Of a DNA stretch of 64,000 bases, positions 24,978 through 37,985 are shown piece by piece. This DNA is from Antedon mediterranea (Eukaryota; Animalia; Echinodermata): positions 10,044,001 through 10,108,000 of the forward strand of contig NC_092680.1 of assembly GCF_964355755.1 (NCBI RefSeq), written 5' to 3'. Within the stretch, counting starts at the first letter, position 1; each line of letters opens with the position of its first letter. Below the pieces are notes generated by a model, which was not told the origin of the DNA, did no database searches, and worked only from the letters and a program-made list of their open reading frames with translations. Position numbers and translations under genes: made by a program.

Positions 24978-27900
24978 CTAGATGGCACGCTCGCTTCGCT
25001 CGCGTACCATCTAGGGGTGCTCACAGATGGTTCTCGAATAAAGTAGAATCCACGGACGGGGACTTTTTTGGGACACTAAACAAAAACGGAAGTGTCCCCC
25101 TAATTGGGGTATTCAGAAATAGAGACAACAAAACCAATACTGGATTCCATAAAGGACAATTAATTTATGTGGATTAAAGAAATTAGGGAGAAATGGAAAT
25201 GTATGTACGGGAATTGGGCGGCGGCACGTGGTTGTGGTGATGGAACCGCAGTAATAAAGTTGATTGTATTTATATATTATAAGAACCAAACTAAATAAAT
25301 AGACCTAGACATTCTGCGAAATGGAAATCGGAAATTGAAGCTCCTATTCAGTGAAAAATTAAACTGTAGTCTACCTAAATATTTAGGGCAAATCATCGGT
25401 TGTGGTGTTGAACTTCCTGTAAACATTTGTGTGAACCAAACTGGGTCGAATTTCTGTCATGAGTACTGATTTGTTGGCCTGTGATTTATGACGCCTAAGG
25501 GATCTATCTAGACTTATTTTTTTAGAATAATGTACGTACCTGTCAGATACAATTGTCTTGTGTCGTATAATAAATAAGTACTGTAATAGTTACTGAAGTT
25601 ACTATTACAATCTCGTCAATGAAAACACGAAAATGTATATGCACTTACTTATGAAAACGTATACAGTATTATACTCAGTTATTGAAACAGTAGGTTTAAA
25701 AAAGTTTCGTTTGTCTGTAAAATGATGTAATCAAGCTGTTTACATGAGTCTTAATTTATAAGCACATCAATAATAAAATAGTTTATCTATCCTGTAATTG
25801 GCGAGATTATGGTCGCTGTTGAATGAAATAAAGCCAATCGGTATCATATTTGTACAGAAACGTTTTCGCGGCCGAAGGGTGTAACCTAAATTCGTTGTAT
25901 TATCGTCAAGAACTAACTGTAACTAAACTTACATAGAAAGTAGGGTATCATAAATTTGGCCTTAGCACTCGGGGGAGTGGCTGAGATGAAGTCCGTGGGA
26001 CTACTAAATATAAATTGTAATGAACCTCGAGGGACATAAATAGGAATATTTCATGTTTCATTATCAATGTATAATAAATGGAAACTGTTTACCGATTAAA
26101 ATAATAGAAATTGGTTTTTTAACATTTTCCGAACCTATTGCAAGTTTATTCTCAAAGGGCCCATATATTTACCTACCGTATGTGTTAAACCAAGGGCTCA
26201 TAAATTTACCTACAGTACTTGTGTTAAACCAAACTGGATGTTCCATTCATCGCAAATCAATACATTTGTATAATCGTATATTAAATCTATCAAAATAGTA
26301 TTTTTTAAAGAAAATCGGCCTGTCTTCAACATTATGATGGTGTACTCTAGCAATCTATCAAAATAGTATTTTTAAAAGAAAATCGGCCTGTCTTCAACAT
26401 TATGATGGTGTACTCTAGCTGTTCAACCGGTTTTCAGCTATTAAAAACAATTATCGTAGGAGGAGATAGGAAAATGCAAAGCCTCCTCGCTATGGAGTCT
26501 GTAAAATGATGTAATCAAGCTGTTTACATGAGTCTTAATTTATAAGCACATCAATAATAAAATAGTTTATCTATCCTGTAATTGGCGAGATTATGGTCGC
26601 TGTTGAATGAAATAAAGCCAATCGGTATCATATTTGTACAGAAACGTTTTCGCGGCCGAAGGGTGTAACCTAAATTCGTTGTATTATCGTCAAGAACTAA
26701 CTGTAACTAAACTTACATAGAAAGTAGGGTATCATAAATTTGGCCTTAGCACTCGGGGGAGTGGCTGAGATGAAGTCCGTGGGACTACTAAATATAAATT
26801 GTAATGAACCTCGAGGGACATAAATAGGAATATTTCATGTTTCATTATCAATGTATAATAAATGGAAACTGTTTACCGATTAAAATAATAGAAATTGGTT
26901 TTTTAACATTTTCCGAACCTATTGCAAGTTTATTCTCAAAGGGCCCATATATTTACCTACCGTATGTGTTAAACCAAGGGCTCATAAATTTACCTACAGT
27001 ACTTGTGTTAAACCAAACTGGATGTTCCATTCATCGCAAATCAATACATTTGTATAATCGTATATTAAATCTATCAAAATAGTATTTTTTAAAGAAAATC
27101 GGCCTGTCTTCAACATTATGATGGTGTACTCTAGCAATCTATCAAAATAGTATTTTTAAAAGAAAATCGGCCTGTCTTCAACATTATGATGGTGTACTCT
27201 AGCTGTTCAACCGGTTTTCAGCTATTAAAAACAATTATCGTAGGAGGAGATAGGAAAATGCGAAGCCTCCTCGCTATGTAACATTAGGGTTGAGGGATGG
27301 GAAAGCGGATAGGTACAAAGAGGAACAATTTTTAAATATATTCTTTATCCACTGAGTAACGAAATATTTTGTTCATGTTTTATAGGCCTATAAATAATAT
27401 ACCTCTAAATACAGTAGGCCTAAAACATTTGCGATTTAATACTTTGTTAAAACTGTCACTGTCATAATCGATTGAAATATTAAAGTACATGTCACGATAC
27501 ACCACTACAACATTTATATTTTTGGTAATTATTAATTAATACAAACGTTGAGAAGGAACTGTCAGTATAAAGTTTATTTGTATATCTAACAGTAGAGCCT
27601 ATCCACAGTCTCAGTAATAAAGTTTATTTGTATATATTTTTATATTACATCTAACAGTACGAACATTCACAGTAAGAAATGTTCGATTCAAATGAAAAAT
27701 AGTTAATAGGTATTTACAGTATTGTCAAAGTATTGCAAGTTTATTCTCAAAGGGCCCATATATTTACCTACTGTATGTGTTAAACCAAGGGCTCATAAAT
27801 TTACCTACAGTACTTGTGTTAAAACTCTGGCAGACTGAGAGATTGGGATGTTCCATTCATCGCAAATCAATACATTTGTATAATCGTATATTAAATCTAT

Positions 27901-28306
27901 CAAAATAGTATTTTTTAAAGAAAATCGGCCTGTCTTCAACATTATGATGGTGTACTCTAGCTGTTCAACCGGTTTTCAGCTATTAAAAACAATTATCGTA
28001 GGAGGAGATAGAAAAATGCGAAGCCTCCTCGCATTTTTTTGGCGGGTATTTTTCAAGATGGACATCCATTAGACAGTGTATACCACGATCGGAAAACACC
28101 CCTATTTGGGGCAAATCTTTGAACCTAAATTCGTTTTAATCGTCAATAACTAATTATCTAACTCAATTTAATTAGTAAACAGGGTTACATCAGGCGGTTA
28201 AAATCAGTACCGAAAGTACGAACCAACTTTACATACCATCGAGTGAAAATTCTAGAAGTAAGGCGCGATTTACCGAATTTTGCCCTTACGTAAATTTATA
28301 TATAGA
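24978..28306 (-). mobile_element. Non-autonomous Helitron with both termini intact (3329 bp)
   Basis: Minus strand 5'-TCTATATA (28306) to hairpin-CCATCTAG-3' (24978); inserted between A and T with no TSD. The empty site ttcagaa|tgccc is read from the inverted paralog at ~30368-30380. Confidence 0.92.
25713..27278. repeat. Near-perfect tandem duplication (784-bp period) inside the Helitron
   Basis: 25713-26494 matches 26497-27278; identical 81-aa ORFs at 26053 and 26837. Confidence 0.95.
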
Positions 28307-30737
28307 TGCCCAACTTTCTATTCATTTTAATGAAAGAAAAATACCAAAAACCTTTAGAAACCTTCTATTTTGATCTTTGAACTATTGATTTAGGCATATT
28401 TATTTTTATAGACATCTTGGTGATCGATAGGATACGAAATTGGTTTCAAAATACTCAGAAGACCAAAATGTATATTCGCTGTAATGCAAAAGTTAAAGTA
28501 AAGATGACTAGAAATGTATGTTTTGAACTTTAACCCTAAATTTGAGTTATCTCAATACCGCATCAACTGCTGGCTGTAGAGACTTCCAAATTGTCCTCAT
28601 TAAGCAGAGTGCCCAACTTTCTATTCAGTGAAAAATACTAAAAGCCCTTAGAAACCACCTATTTTGACATTTGCACTATTGAAATGGCCAATACAGTATT
28701 TTATATCATAATTATATAGAAATCTTGGTAATCGATAGGAGTATATAAGCGAATTATTCCAAAACACCCATGTTTTTTTACCTTTGACTTTAATCACTAC
28801 ATTATAATTTGATAATTTAAGTCCCAAATAGCATGATGGACACATCAATATAGATATGAGGCCATAATTTCAGGTATCGAAGGGTCACAATATGTCCTTT
28901 GACATATCACCTAAATAATAAAATACAATATGAAACTCTTACAAATCTATCAAGATGTACTGTATATAAAGGAAATGTCACTGTAAAAAAGTTTTTATGG
29001 TCTTCAACAGATTTAATTTTCATGCCCTTATTTTATTAACCATCATTTAGTCCTAAAGTATTTTCGATTTTTAGAGAATTTTGATTAGAAAATAACCAGA
29101 GAAAAACGTTCACATAAATAAATAATATAATAAATGCAATAATTATTTTAAAATTAAATTGCATCATATCAGATAAGAATCGGAGGTATGACTAGAGCCT
29201 AAAATGAGACTTAGACTTAGACCTTGATAAATGGTTGGGTGGGTGACTATGTACAGTATGCAGTTTTAGACAATTAAAAAAATTTTATTTATAAGAGGAA
29301 TATTTTACTCCACACCTATATACACAAGGAAATGTAATAGTGCAGCTCAATTTAAAAAAAAACAATTTTACCAATAAGTATGTCAAATCAACCAGTAGTG
29401 GTCTCTGCTATACTGTATATTAAATGGCACTGCCAAATAGGAAACATTTCAGAATTGGTGTACAGTAACTGCAAAGTTTAAACATGGACATTAGCCAATA
29501 GAGAAGGCATGGCATTTTTTGGAGGACTAATTTCTAACCTTAATATTTAAAGAATAAATAAATAATAAAATTTGTTTGGTTACTATTTGAATAAAAGAAG
29601 TGAAAACAGGCTAAAGCCCAAACAGACATTAAAATGTATCATATGAATATAGCTTAATATTCCAATTTGGAATGAATTTTACCTCTCATGGCAATGGCCA
29701 TACTGATGCATTGTTAGATTCTGTCCATCTTAAATGTCAACTTAAATTTAACTTTTCGTATCTAAGCCCTCCCTCTGGAGAGCACGGGCTATTGTCGGTT
29801 TATCCAGGTAAGCTAGGCATGAAATAGACTAATTCTCATTAAATGTAAGGTCAAAGTTCAAAACACTTTCAATCGCATTTAGTACATCATTTCTATAAGA
29901 GTAAACAGAAACATAGGCGTTTTGAAGTATTTTGACACCAAATTCCCTTATGTATTCCTATTGATCACCAAGATTTCTATACAATTTTAGTATAAAATAT
30001 GACCAGATCAATAGTTCAAAGGTCGAAATAGGTAGTTTCTAAAGGCTTTTGGTATTTTTATTTCTTTCACTACAGTGAATAGAAAGTTGGGGACAGTACA
30101 GTAGTTGATGACGTATTGAGATAATCCAAATTTAGGGTCAAAGTTCAAAACTTGCATTTCTAGTCATCTTTACTTTAACTTTTCCATTACAGCGAATATA
30201 AATGTGGGTCTTCTGATTGTTTTGTCACCAATTTTGCTTGTATATTCCTATCGATCACCAAGATGTCTATAAAATTTAAATATGTTTAGGTCAATAGTTC
30301 AAAGGTCAAAATAGAAGGTTTCTAAAGGAATTTGGTATTTTTCTTTCATTAAAGTGAATAGAAAGTTGGGCATTCTGAATAATTTGGGACAACTTTGAAG
30401 TCTCTACGGCCAGTCGTTGATGAGATAGTGAGATAATCCAAATTTATGGTCAAAGGTCAAAACAGGCATTTCCGGCAATTTTTTGTTAAACTTTTCCATT
30501 ACAGTGAATATAAATATGGGTCTTCTGAGTATTTTGACACACAAAATTGTTTACTTACACCTACTGGTTGTCAACATGGTAAATAATGTTAAGTTGGCCG
30601 CCTTTTTGAAAAATGGCCCAATCGGGTTGAAGCACAACGGGGAAACCCGGGGACTTTTAGTATGTTGTTTCAGACAACGTTAGGGACCTATCCTGAAAAA
30701 TTCAGCTTTAGCATTATTTCTACCTCAAAGTCTAATA

Positions 30738-31583
30738 CCGTATATTTCGGTGTATAAGTCGCACCTGTGTATAAGATGCACCCCCTAACTGAGAGTAAAA
30801 TATCGTTTTTTTTTATATCGTCGATGTATAAGACGCACTTTATATTTCATCAAAACAATGTTTTTTTTAAATTGTAATAAATATTATTGTAATAATATAT
30901 TGTTATATCTACAACGGAGTCCTTTATTTAGGGTTTTTCTTACCTAGGCTCGGCCGCGCCCAGCCTCAACAAGTTCTTTCTAACTTGTTATCCATGAGTT
31001 TCGCCGCAACATCGAGTGCATGACCGTGTGTGGGCTAGAGCCTCGCTCGATCATTTCGAGAGGGCGCACGTTTTCATGGACAATCGTATTCCATTAGTCT
31101 CTATGTATCCGAGAAGTGTATACGCTAGGTCCATGCTATAATCAACTGGAGAATATACTAGTCGAATACCATAGACCATGTGGCCGCCAAGAAGGGCTTG
31201 CGCTGGGGGGTACGGCGGTCGGCGATCGTGCGTATAACTATAAATAAATACTAGGCCTAGGCCTATTCCAATCGTAAACGTTTATAAATGAAATTTTATC
31301 GGAGCGCCTAAAACAGCTCCATAATGAACAAATCTTTTCATCATATTTAGTATAACATCACGCTAAAATGCCTTGAAAACTAGGCAGAAGCAGGTTGCCG
31401 TTACGTTAGTACACTGTAGCTAGCCTATAGGCTAGGCCTACAGTAGGCCTAGCCAACAAGGTGACGATATGTAGGCTACAATCTGTGTGGTGTGAGGCAT
31501 AATGTTCGGTGTATAAGACGCACCCTTAATTTAGAGGTCAAATTTGCGTGTCAAAAGTGCGACTTATACACCGAAATATACGG
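30738..31583. mobile_element. Tc1/mariner (Tc2/pogo-like) MITE, copy 1 (846 bp)
   Basis: TIR CCGTATATTTCGGTGTATAAGTCGCAC, TA TSD, subterminal gtgtataagacgcac repeats. Confidence 0.92.
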
Positions 31584-31602
31584 TACTCCTGGACTAGGTA
31601 GG

Positions 31603-31770
31603 TGATGGGTTAATCAAAGAGTTAATACAGATTTTAACAGAGGGTATCCAGTCTGAAGGTCTATAGCGAGAAGTGAAATGAATCAATTCAGTCTTGGCAT
31701 CGTTCAGTACAAGCATGTTATGTGTACACCATGATTTGATTTCGGCGATGCAAGTTTCAAGATTAACATT
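31603..31770 (-). mobile_element. Small L2/CR1 RT fragment
   Basis: Reverse translation NLETCIAEIKSWCTHNMLVLNDAKTELIHF. Confidence 0.7.
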
Positions 31771-33953
31771 CTAGGCCTAGGGTTACTGTATATTAATATA
31801 AATAAATACTAGGGCCTACAGTATCAATTTAACGACCAAGTGTGTAATAATTTAATATTGAATTTTCTGTTTTTACACCTGCCAACTCTCACTCATAATG
31901 CGCGAGTCTCTTTACATGGTTTTGTTAAATTTCGACAAATTCATACATCCCCCTCAGGTCGCCCTTATGACTAGGCCAAGGGGTAGGTGATGCTGATTTA
32001 AGATCGATTAATATTCTAAACAGAAATAAAAGTATCAGCAGTAACAGGTTACAGCATTTTTATTGACAAAATTTATTTAAATTAAAGGTGCATTTCACCA
32101 ATAATGCTTTAATAGTAGGCGCATTCCACCCTCTATTACTGTTGCTCTTTTGGCGCTCCGTAGAAATAAAAATATTGAACATTGAGTATGCGAAATTTGT
32201 GAATAGTGTGTGAGAAACATGTGAAATCACCAATGTTTATTTAATACCAATTATATATTGGTTCCTTTTTACTGTATGTGAAAAATATTGTGAGTTTATT
32301 TATGTTTGTGGTAAGTATTTAATTAAATTTATGATAAAAAGCATTAATAATAAATGAAACCTTCTTTCGTGACATGGTTGTTAATCTCATTTGGTGATCT
32401 ACCAATACCATGCCCACATCAAATTCCTCAGCAGCTGGTTTTGGAACATTCATCAAACTCGCCCACACTTTGCAACTTCACCGTAGTAACTGATGATGTA
32501 ATTCACAAGCTAATATAAACATGAAAGACGTCAGCTCTTGATCTATTTCAAACAAATTTTCTTTTACAATTTCAAAGCATATTGACTCCAGTATTTAGAA
32601 TTATTATTAATTTATCTCTATCAACTGGTACCTTTCCTGATGATTTGAAGTTGTGTCTAGTTACACCTATTTTAAAGAAGCCTTCATTGGATCATAGTTT
32701 CATGGCAAATTTTCGACCTATATATGTCGCTTTCTAAGATCCTTGAGAAATGCTTTGCTTTAGATCTCGTATACATTTTCTTGACGACAATAATCTGTTC
32801 GACCTTCTTTAATCAGCATATAGAAAGCACCACAGCACAGAGTCAGCCATTCTCAAGGTTAATACCTGCTCAGATGACTTCTTACTACATGAAACCCTCA
32901 TTCAAATTAAAGCAGCAAACCTTGACATCGTGTGTATGCAGGAAGTGAGACGGATTGGTACCGGTGCAATCTCACATGAGGGCTACAATGTATACTGGAC
33001 TGGACTGAAAATCAAAAAGATGTATGGGGTTGCTATTGCCATCAAACAGTCACCCCATATCAAAGTGTCTAATGTTTATTATGTTTATGAACGTCTAATG
33101 GCAATAGACGTCACAATAAAAAATTGTAAATTAAGAATTGTGTCTGCGTACTCTCCTACGGAATCCGGTTCAGAATCATCAAAGGATATTTTCTATGCAA
33201 AACTCTCCAAAGTAACAAGAGTCGAGAACAACACAAAATTCTTACTGATGGGAGACTTTAATGCAACATCAACAATAACAACCAGAAAATCACTCTTTGA
33301 TGGAAACCTACATAGATTTCAAGACACAGATGACATTAGTAACGACAATGGCACAAGACTCATCAACTACTGCTCTGACTTCAAGCTATGCATACTGAAC
33401 ACCTGGTTTGACCATCCAAACGTTCGTCGGATCACTTGGCATAGCAACGATGGTGTTACAAAGAAAATACTAGATTACAACATATGTGATCACTGGTTGA
33501 GGAAGTATGTTACTGACACAAGAGTCTATAACAACTATTATCTTTCGTCGGATTATAGAATCCTTGTGAGTAATATGACAACACCAGCCAACAAAGCAGC
33601 CAGGTGGAAGAAGCATAAAAAGAAAAAACAGAGCAAGAGAGCCAACATGAGTAAACTTAAAGATCGAGAAGTAAGAAATAATGTTAAAACAAAGATAGAA
33701 GAAGAAATTAATAAAATTACTTCTCCTGAAAAGACAACAACCACTACATCAACTGAGCGCTATACAACACTTATGACAGTGCTAAATAAGGCAGTTGAAG
33801 AAGTCCCGAAGAAAACAAGAAACCAAAATGCTCATCCCTGGGATGGTGATGAAAGACTACAACAGCTTATAAAAGAAAGAAAGAATATTAACAAAAGCAC
33901 AGTTACCTACAAAGAAGAGGAGATCAAGGCTATGCAGAAAGCAATTAAGATAA

Positions 33954-35232
33954 GGCCTAAAAAAAAAAATTGTTTATTTGCTGTCAAGTTTTTTTTTTTG
34001 GTAGGGGGGGCGGGTGGAAAAAAAGTTTTTTTTTTTTTTTTTTTTTTTTTTAATGTTAATTTCTCTGTTAATTGCTCGCGAATTTGAGAGTAACAAAACA
34101 CACTGAATAAAACAACGAGCTCAAACATCTATTCATAATTTGTTTCACACTTTAATTCTGTTTTGGGCGCCTTAGGCCCCGTGTCTAAACTAGGCTAGGC
34201 CTACTACTACACAGTAGGTCGTTGTTAGCAGGCCTAATTAAATATTTTAATTTTAGAGTGTACCGTATATTTCGGTGTATAAGTCGCACCTGTGTATAAT
34301 AAGACGCACCCGACCCCTAACTGAGAGTAAAATATCGGTATTTTGTATATCGTCGATGTTAAAGACGGCCGCGCATAGCCTCAACAAGAAGGGAAGTCCC
34401 CCATTCCGTCAGTTCTTTCTAACTTGTTATGAATGAGTTTCGCACCCGCAACATCGAGTGCATGACCGCACGTGTGTGTGGGCTAGCCTCGCTCGATCCT
34501 TTTATCGAGAGGCGCACGTTTTCACGGACAATCGTATTCGATTAGTATCTATGTATCCTAGAAGTGTGTACCCTAGGTCTATGCTATAATCAACTGGAGA
34601 ATATACCAGTCGAATACTTAACTGTGTACACAATGTGGTTGCCAAGAAGGGCTCGCTCGCGCTGGGGGTACGACGGTCGTGCGTATAACTATAATACTAT
34701 TCCAATCGTAAACGTCGTTTTCAAATGAAATTTTATCGGAGCGCCTAAAACAGCTCCATAATGAACAAATCTTTTCATCATATTAGTACAAAATCACGCT
34801 AAAATGCCTTGAAAACTAGCAGGTTGCTGTTACGCTAGTACACTGTAGCTAGGCTAGGCCTACTCTTTAGACTTTAGTAATACTAATAGGCCTAGGCCTT
34901 ACCTTAAAAAGCCCGGCCTAGCCAACGAGGTGGCGATCTGTGTGTTGAGGCATTTATGTTCGGTGTATAAGACGCACCCTTAATTTAGAGGTTAAATTTG
35001 CGTGTCAAAAGTGCGATTATACACCGAAATATACGCTACGTTATTATTTTTATTGTTTCATCCTCGCACACTCGATTTTTACACCTTTTCGGCCAAAAAA
35101 AATCATTAAAAAAACTGTTTTTTTTAAAGCGCCCTCAACGTAAAAAAAAAACTTTTTCTTATTTCCGCCCCAAATTTTTGGTGAAATTAGGGGCGGCGGA
35201 TGACAGCAAACAAACTATTTTTTTTTTTGGCC
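33954..35232. mobile_element. PIF/Harbinger-like MITE inside the RTE ORF
   Basis: TIR ggcct(a)n-ttgtttatttgctgtca / tgacagcaaacaaacta(t)n-ggcc; TAA TSD at 33951-33953 and 33233-shifted partner 35233-35235. Confidence 0.85.
34263..35036. mobile_element. Tc2-like MITE, copy 2, nested in the Harbinger-like MITE
   Basis: Same TIR and body as 30738-31583; TA TSD. Confidence 0.9.
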
Positions 35233-37427
35233 TAAGGGTGAAGGAACTACGGAATGAATGAAGAAGCAAGCAAGTTAAATGAAGCCCACCAAAATAGAAA
35301 AATATTTGATTTATGGAGAAAAGCTAAGGAGCACGGTGATGTTATAAGAAAAGCACCAAAGCCTATAAAATGTCCTGGATTACGTGAACACTTTAAAGAT
35401 CACTTTAATCCAGACCAATCTAGCCTTAAAATCCCAGATGAAATTAGCACACCCCCAGAATATATTATCAACCTGAGACAACCAGAATTTGAGATAGACA
35501 ATGAACCTCCGTCCAAGAAAGAAATTATTGATGCAATCGGACATCTAAAAGGTCGCAAAGCTACCCTAGATGTCGCTTCTGAAATATTGCAAGTCGCCAC
35601 AGAGAACCCAGTATTCGTCGACCATGTACATAGACTGTTTGAGGAAATTTGGAGAACGAAAGAAGTACCAAGTGATTGGGGACTGTCCAAATTAACAACC
35701 ATTTGGAAAAAAAAAGGCAGTCCACTTGATCCATCAATGTATAGAGGAATATCGATTGGGTCTACATTTTCAAAGATACTTATGGTTATCATTCTTTCAC
35801 GTTTTTCCATCTTTTATGAAAGTCAACTTCTACGCACACAGTTTGGATTCAGGTCCAACAGAGGGTGCAATGATGCTATATATGTAATCAAGCAGATCCA
35901 GGAAATTGCGTATCGCTCAAATCGCAAACTCTATACATGCTTCATTGATTTAACAGCAGCATTCGACCATGTGAATCGTAATCTTCTTTTCCTAAGCGTT
36001 CGTAATAGGTTTCACTTAAACCAGTCTACTACTATGATTGACATTATACAATCACTGTACAGCTCAACGAAAGCATACCTTGCTGACGACGATCCGAGTG
36101 ATGATAAGTTCGAAACATCTTCTGGGGTGCGCCAGGGTGGTATTGAGAGTACCAGCATGTTTAACCAATATTTTGATTACGTTATTAGAGTGTTCAAACA
36201 ACGCTGTAAAGATGCTAGTTTGGATGGCCTAATGATACAATACCTAATTCCTATTGAAGCTACAAATCGTGCTCAAAGATGTAAAGCACCATCAAGGGGC
36301 ATCTATGACGACTTTGAAAGTGGCTATGCTGACGACTTTGCTGTAAGCTCCTGGTCACAAGAAGAACTGCAAACCATTGTGAACATCTTGAATAAAGTTT
36401 GTCTGGAATTTGGTCTAAGAATTAGTGCCCCCAAAACAGAAACCATTATATGGAACTGGAAAGAGGAAGTTGAAGAATACCCAAGATGCATCATACAAAT
36501 TGGCGGCGTACACATTAACAACGTAACACACTTTAGATACCTTGGTGTATGGGCTACCTACAATGATGTTCATATTGGAGATCAAGAAGTAAAATACAGA
36601 ATCAATTCAGCCAAAGGAGCATTTGCAGAGAATAGGGCATTGCTTACCAACAGAACGATCCACCTACAAACAAGAATGATGTTTCTTAATGGTCTAGTTA
36701 GGAGTAGACTCACCTATGGTTGCTATGCTTGGAGGGCAACAGGAAGTGAAATGTCCAAACTTAGCACAACATACAAAACCTTCCTAAGAAGAATGCTAGT
36801 GAATGGCTTTCAAAGAGTCTGCCCACCAAACCATGTAGACATATCCTCAGATGAAGAAACGGATGAAAACTATATAGACTGGCGTTACGTAATTGATAAT
36901 GACGATCTCTACAAAATTACTGGCTGTCAACCGCTAGAAGAATATGTCTACAAGCAACAATTCAACTGGATCGGACATGTAATTAGAAAAGAAAATGAAG
37001 ATCCTACAAAAATTCTTACTTTTCACACAACACAAAGTAAACGAAGAGGTCGGAAGATACCATCAGTACTTGATAGAGTTGTACAACAAAGTCAACTTAC
37101 TAGATGCAACTTCATTAGAGCCTGCTTCAACAGAAATTTATAATTCCCAGCAATGTTTTAACTGTATATATGAACTGTTTTATAAGTTGTTTTGTGACTG
37201 TGTAATTTGGTAGTAGTCACTCTCATACTGTAGGCCTACATTTAAAAGTAACACATCCAAATGCCAACTTCAAGTCAATGGCTACCAGATGTCTCTGTGA
37301 GACGGTTATTTGAACCAGTACCAGTACCAAGGTGCATAGAGATATTATTTAAGCTCTGGATAAAGGTAATTGTGTTTTGTCGGTGTACAGAGTCTGTCGG
37401 CAGCTTTTATTGATCATTCCATTCTTA

Positions 37428-37985
37428 TAGACCGGTTTCATTTCTCAAAAAACGGCCTAGAAAACGAATCAAGAAGCATTTTTGGGTAGAAGCTGGGATC
37501 TACTTGATTTAGGATATTTCGACCTTGCTGATTACGAATATGGTGGATCCCAAGCGAAATTCGGCACATTTTGTCAAAAAATGGATGCATGTTTTATTTC
37601 TGACATTTTGACCTTTAACCTTGATTTATCGTATCTCAGTATAACCAATAATCGGAGAGACACGAAATTGGGCTCAAATTGTTCAGAAACTATACATTCA
37701 TATTTATTATAATGAAATGTTTTTACAAAAAAATGGCCGATTCTACAACTATTGACCTTTCAACTATTAGTCAAATATAATAATATAACTCTGTAAATGT
37801 TGGTCTTATGACATTTTTTTTTCTTTTTAAATTGTTTAAAACATGTGTGTTTCTATCCAGTCTAATGGCACATTTTGTAAAAGAATGGCCGATAATATGG
37901 TTATTGACCTTTGAACTACAGCATAGGCCTACTGTATAATAAATAAAATTGCATAACTATGAAATTATTTTAATTTTGGTAATGT
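37428..37985. mobile_element. Unclassified insertion (probable DNA transposon end) splitting the L2
   Basis: Interrupts L2 homology; begins tagaccggtttc; contains recurrent ttgacctt / aaaatggccga subrepeats. Confidence 0.45.

Larger units (their letters stand above)
24877..31597. mobile_element. Foldback-type element with long inverted arms built of ~250-300-bp subrepeats; interrupted by a Helitron and a Tc2-like MITE
   Basis: 24877-24977 plus 28307-~28770 is the reverse complement of ~29840-30475. The right end runs through 30730 and, past the MITE, to ctcctggactag (~31597). Confidence 0.6.
32860..37327 (+). mobile_element. RTE-clade LINE (APE + RT), near full length, interrupted by a MITE
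   Basis: ORF 32930: QEVR, SAYSPTE, MGDFNA, ITWHSNDG. ORF 35254-37143: YRGISIG, QFGFRSNRG, FIDLTAAFDHV, GVRQG, GYADD, WIGHVIR. (accagt)n tail; TSD caaggt at 32854-32859 and 37328-37333. Confidence 0.92.

Noticed and set aside
26053-27082. Two identical 81-aa ORFs
   Set aside because: Chance ORFs in a duplicated non-coding Helitron interior.
29765-29815. GC hairpin followed by cag|gtaagc as a possible upstream NOL6 exon
   Set aside because: No supporting acceptor, start codon or homology, and it lies inside a foldback repeat.
480-37143. RT ORFs as retron, group II intron or DGR systems
   Set aside because: They have APE domains, simple-repeat tails and in some cases TSDs, typical of eukaryotic LINEs.
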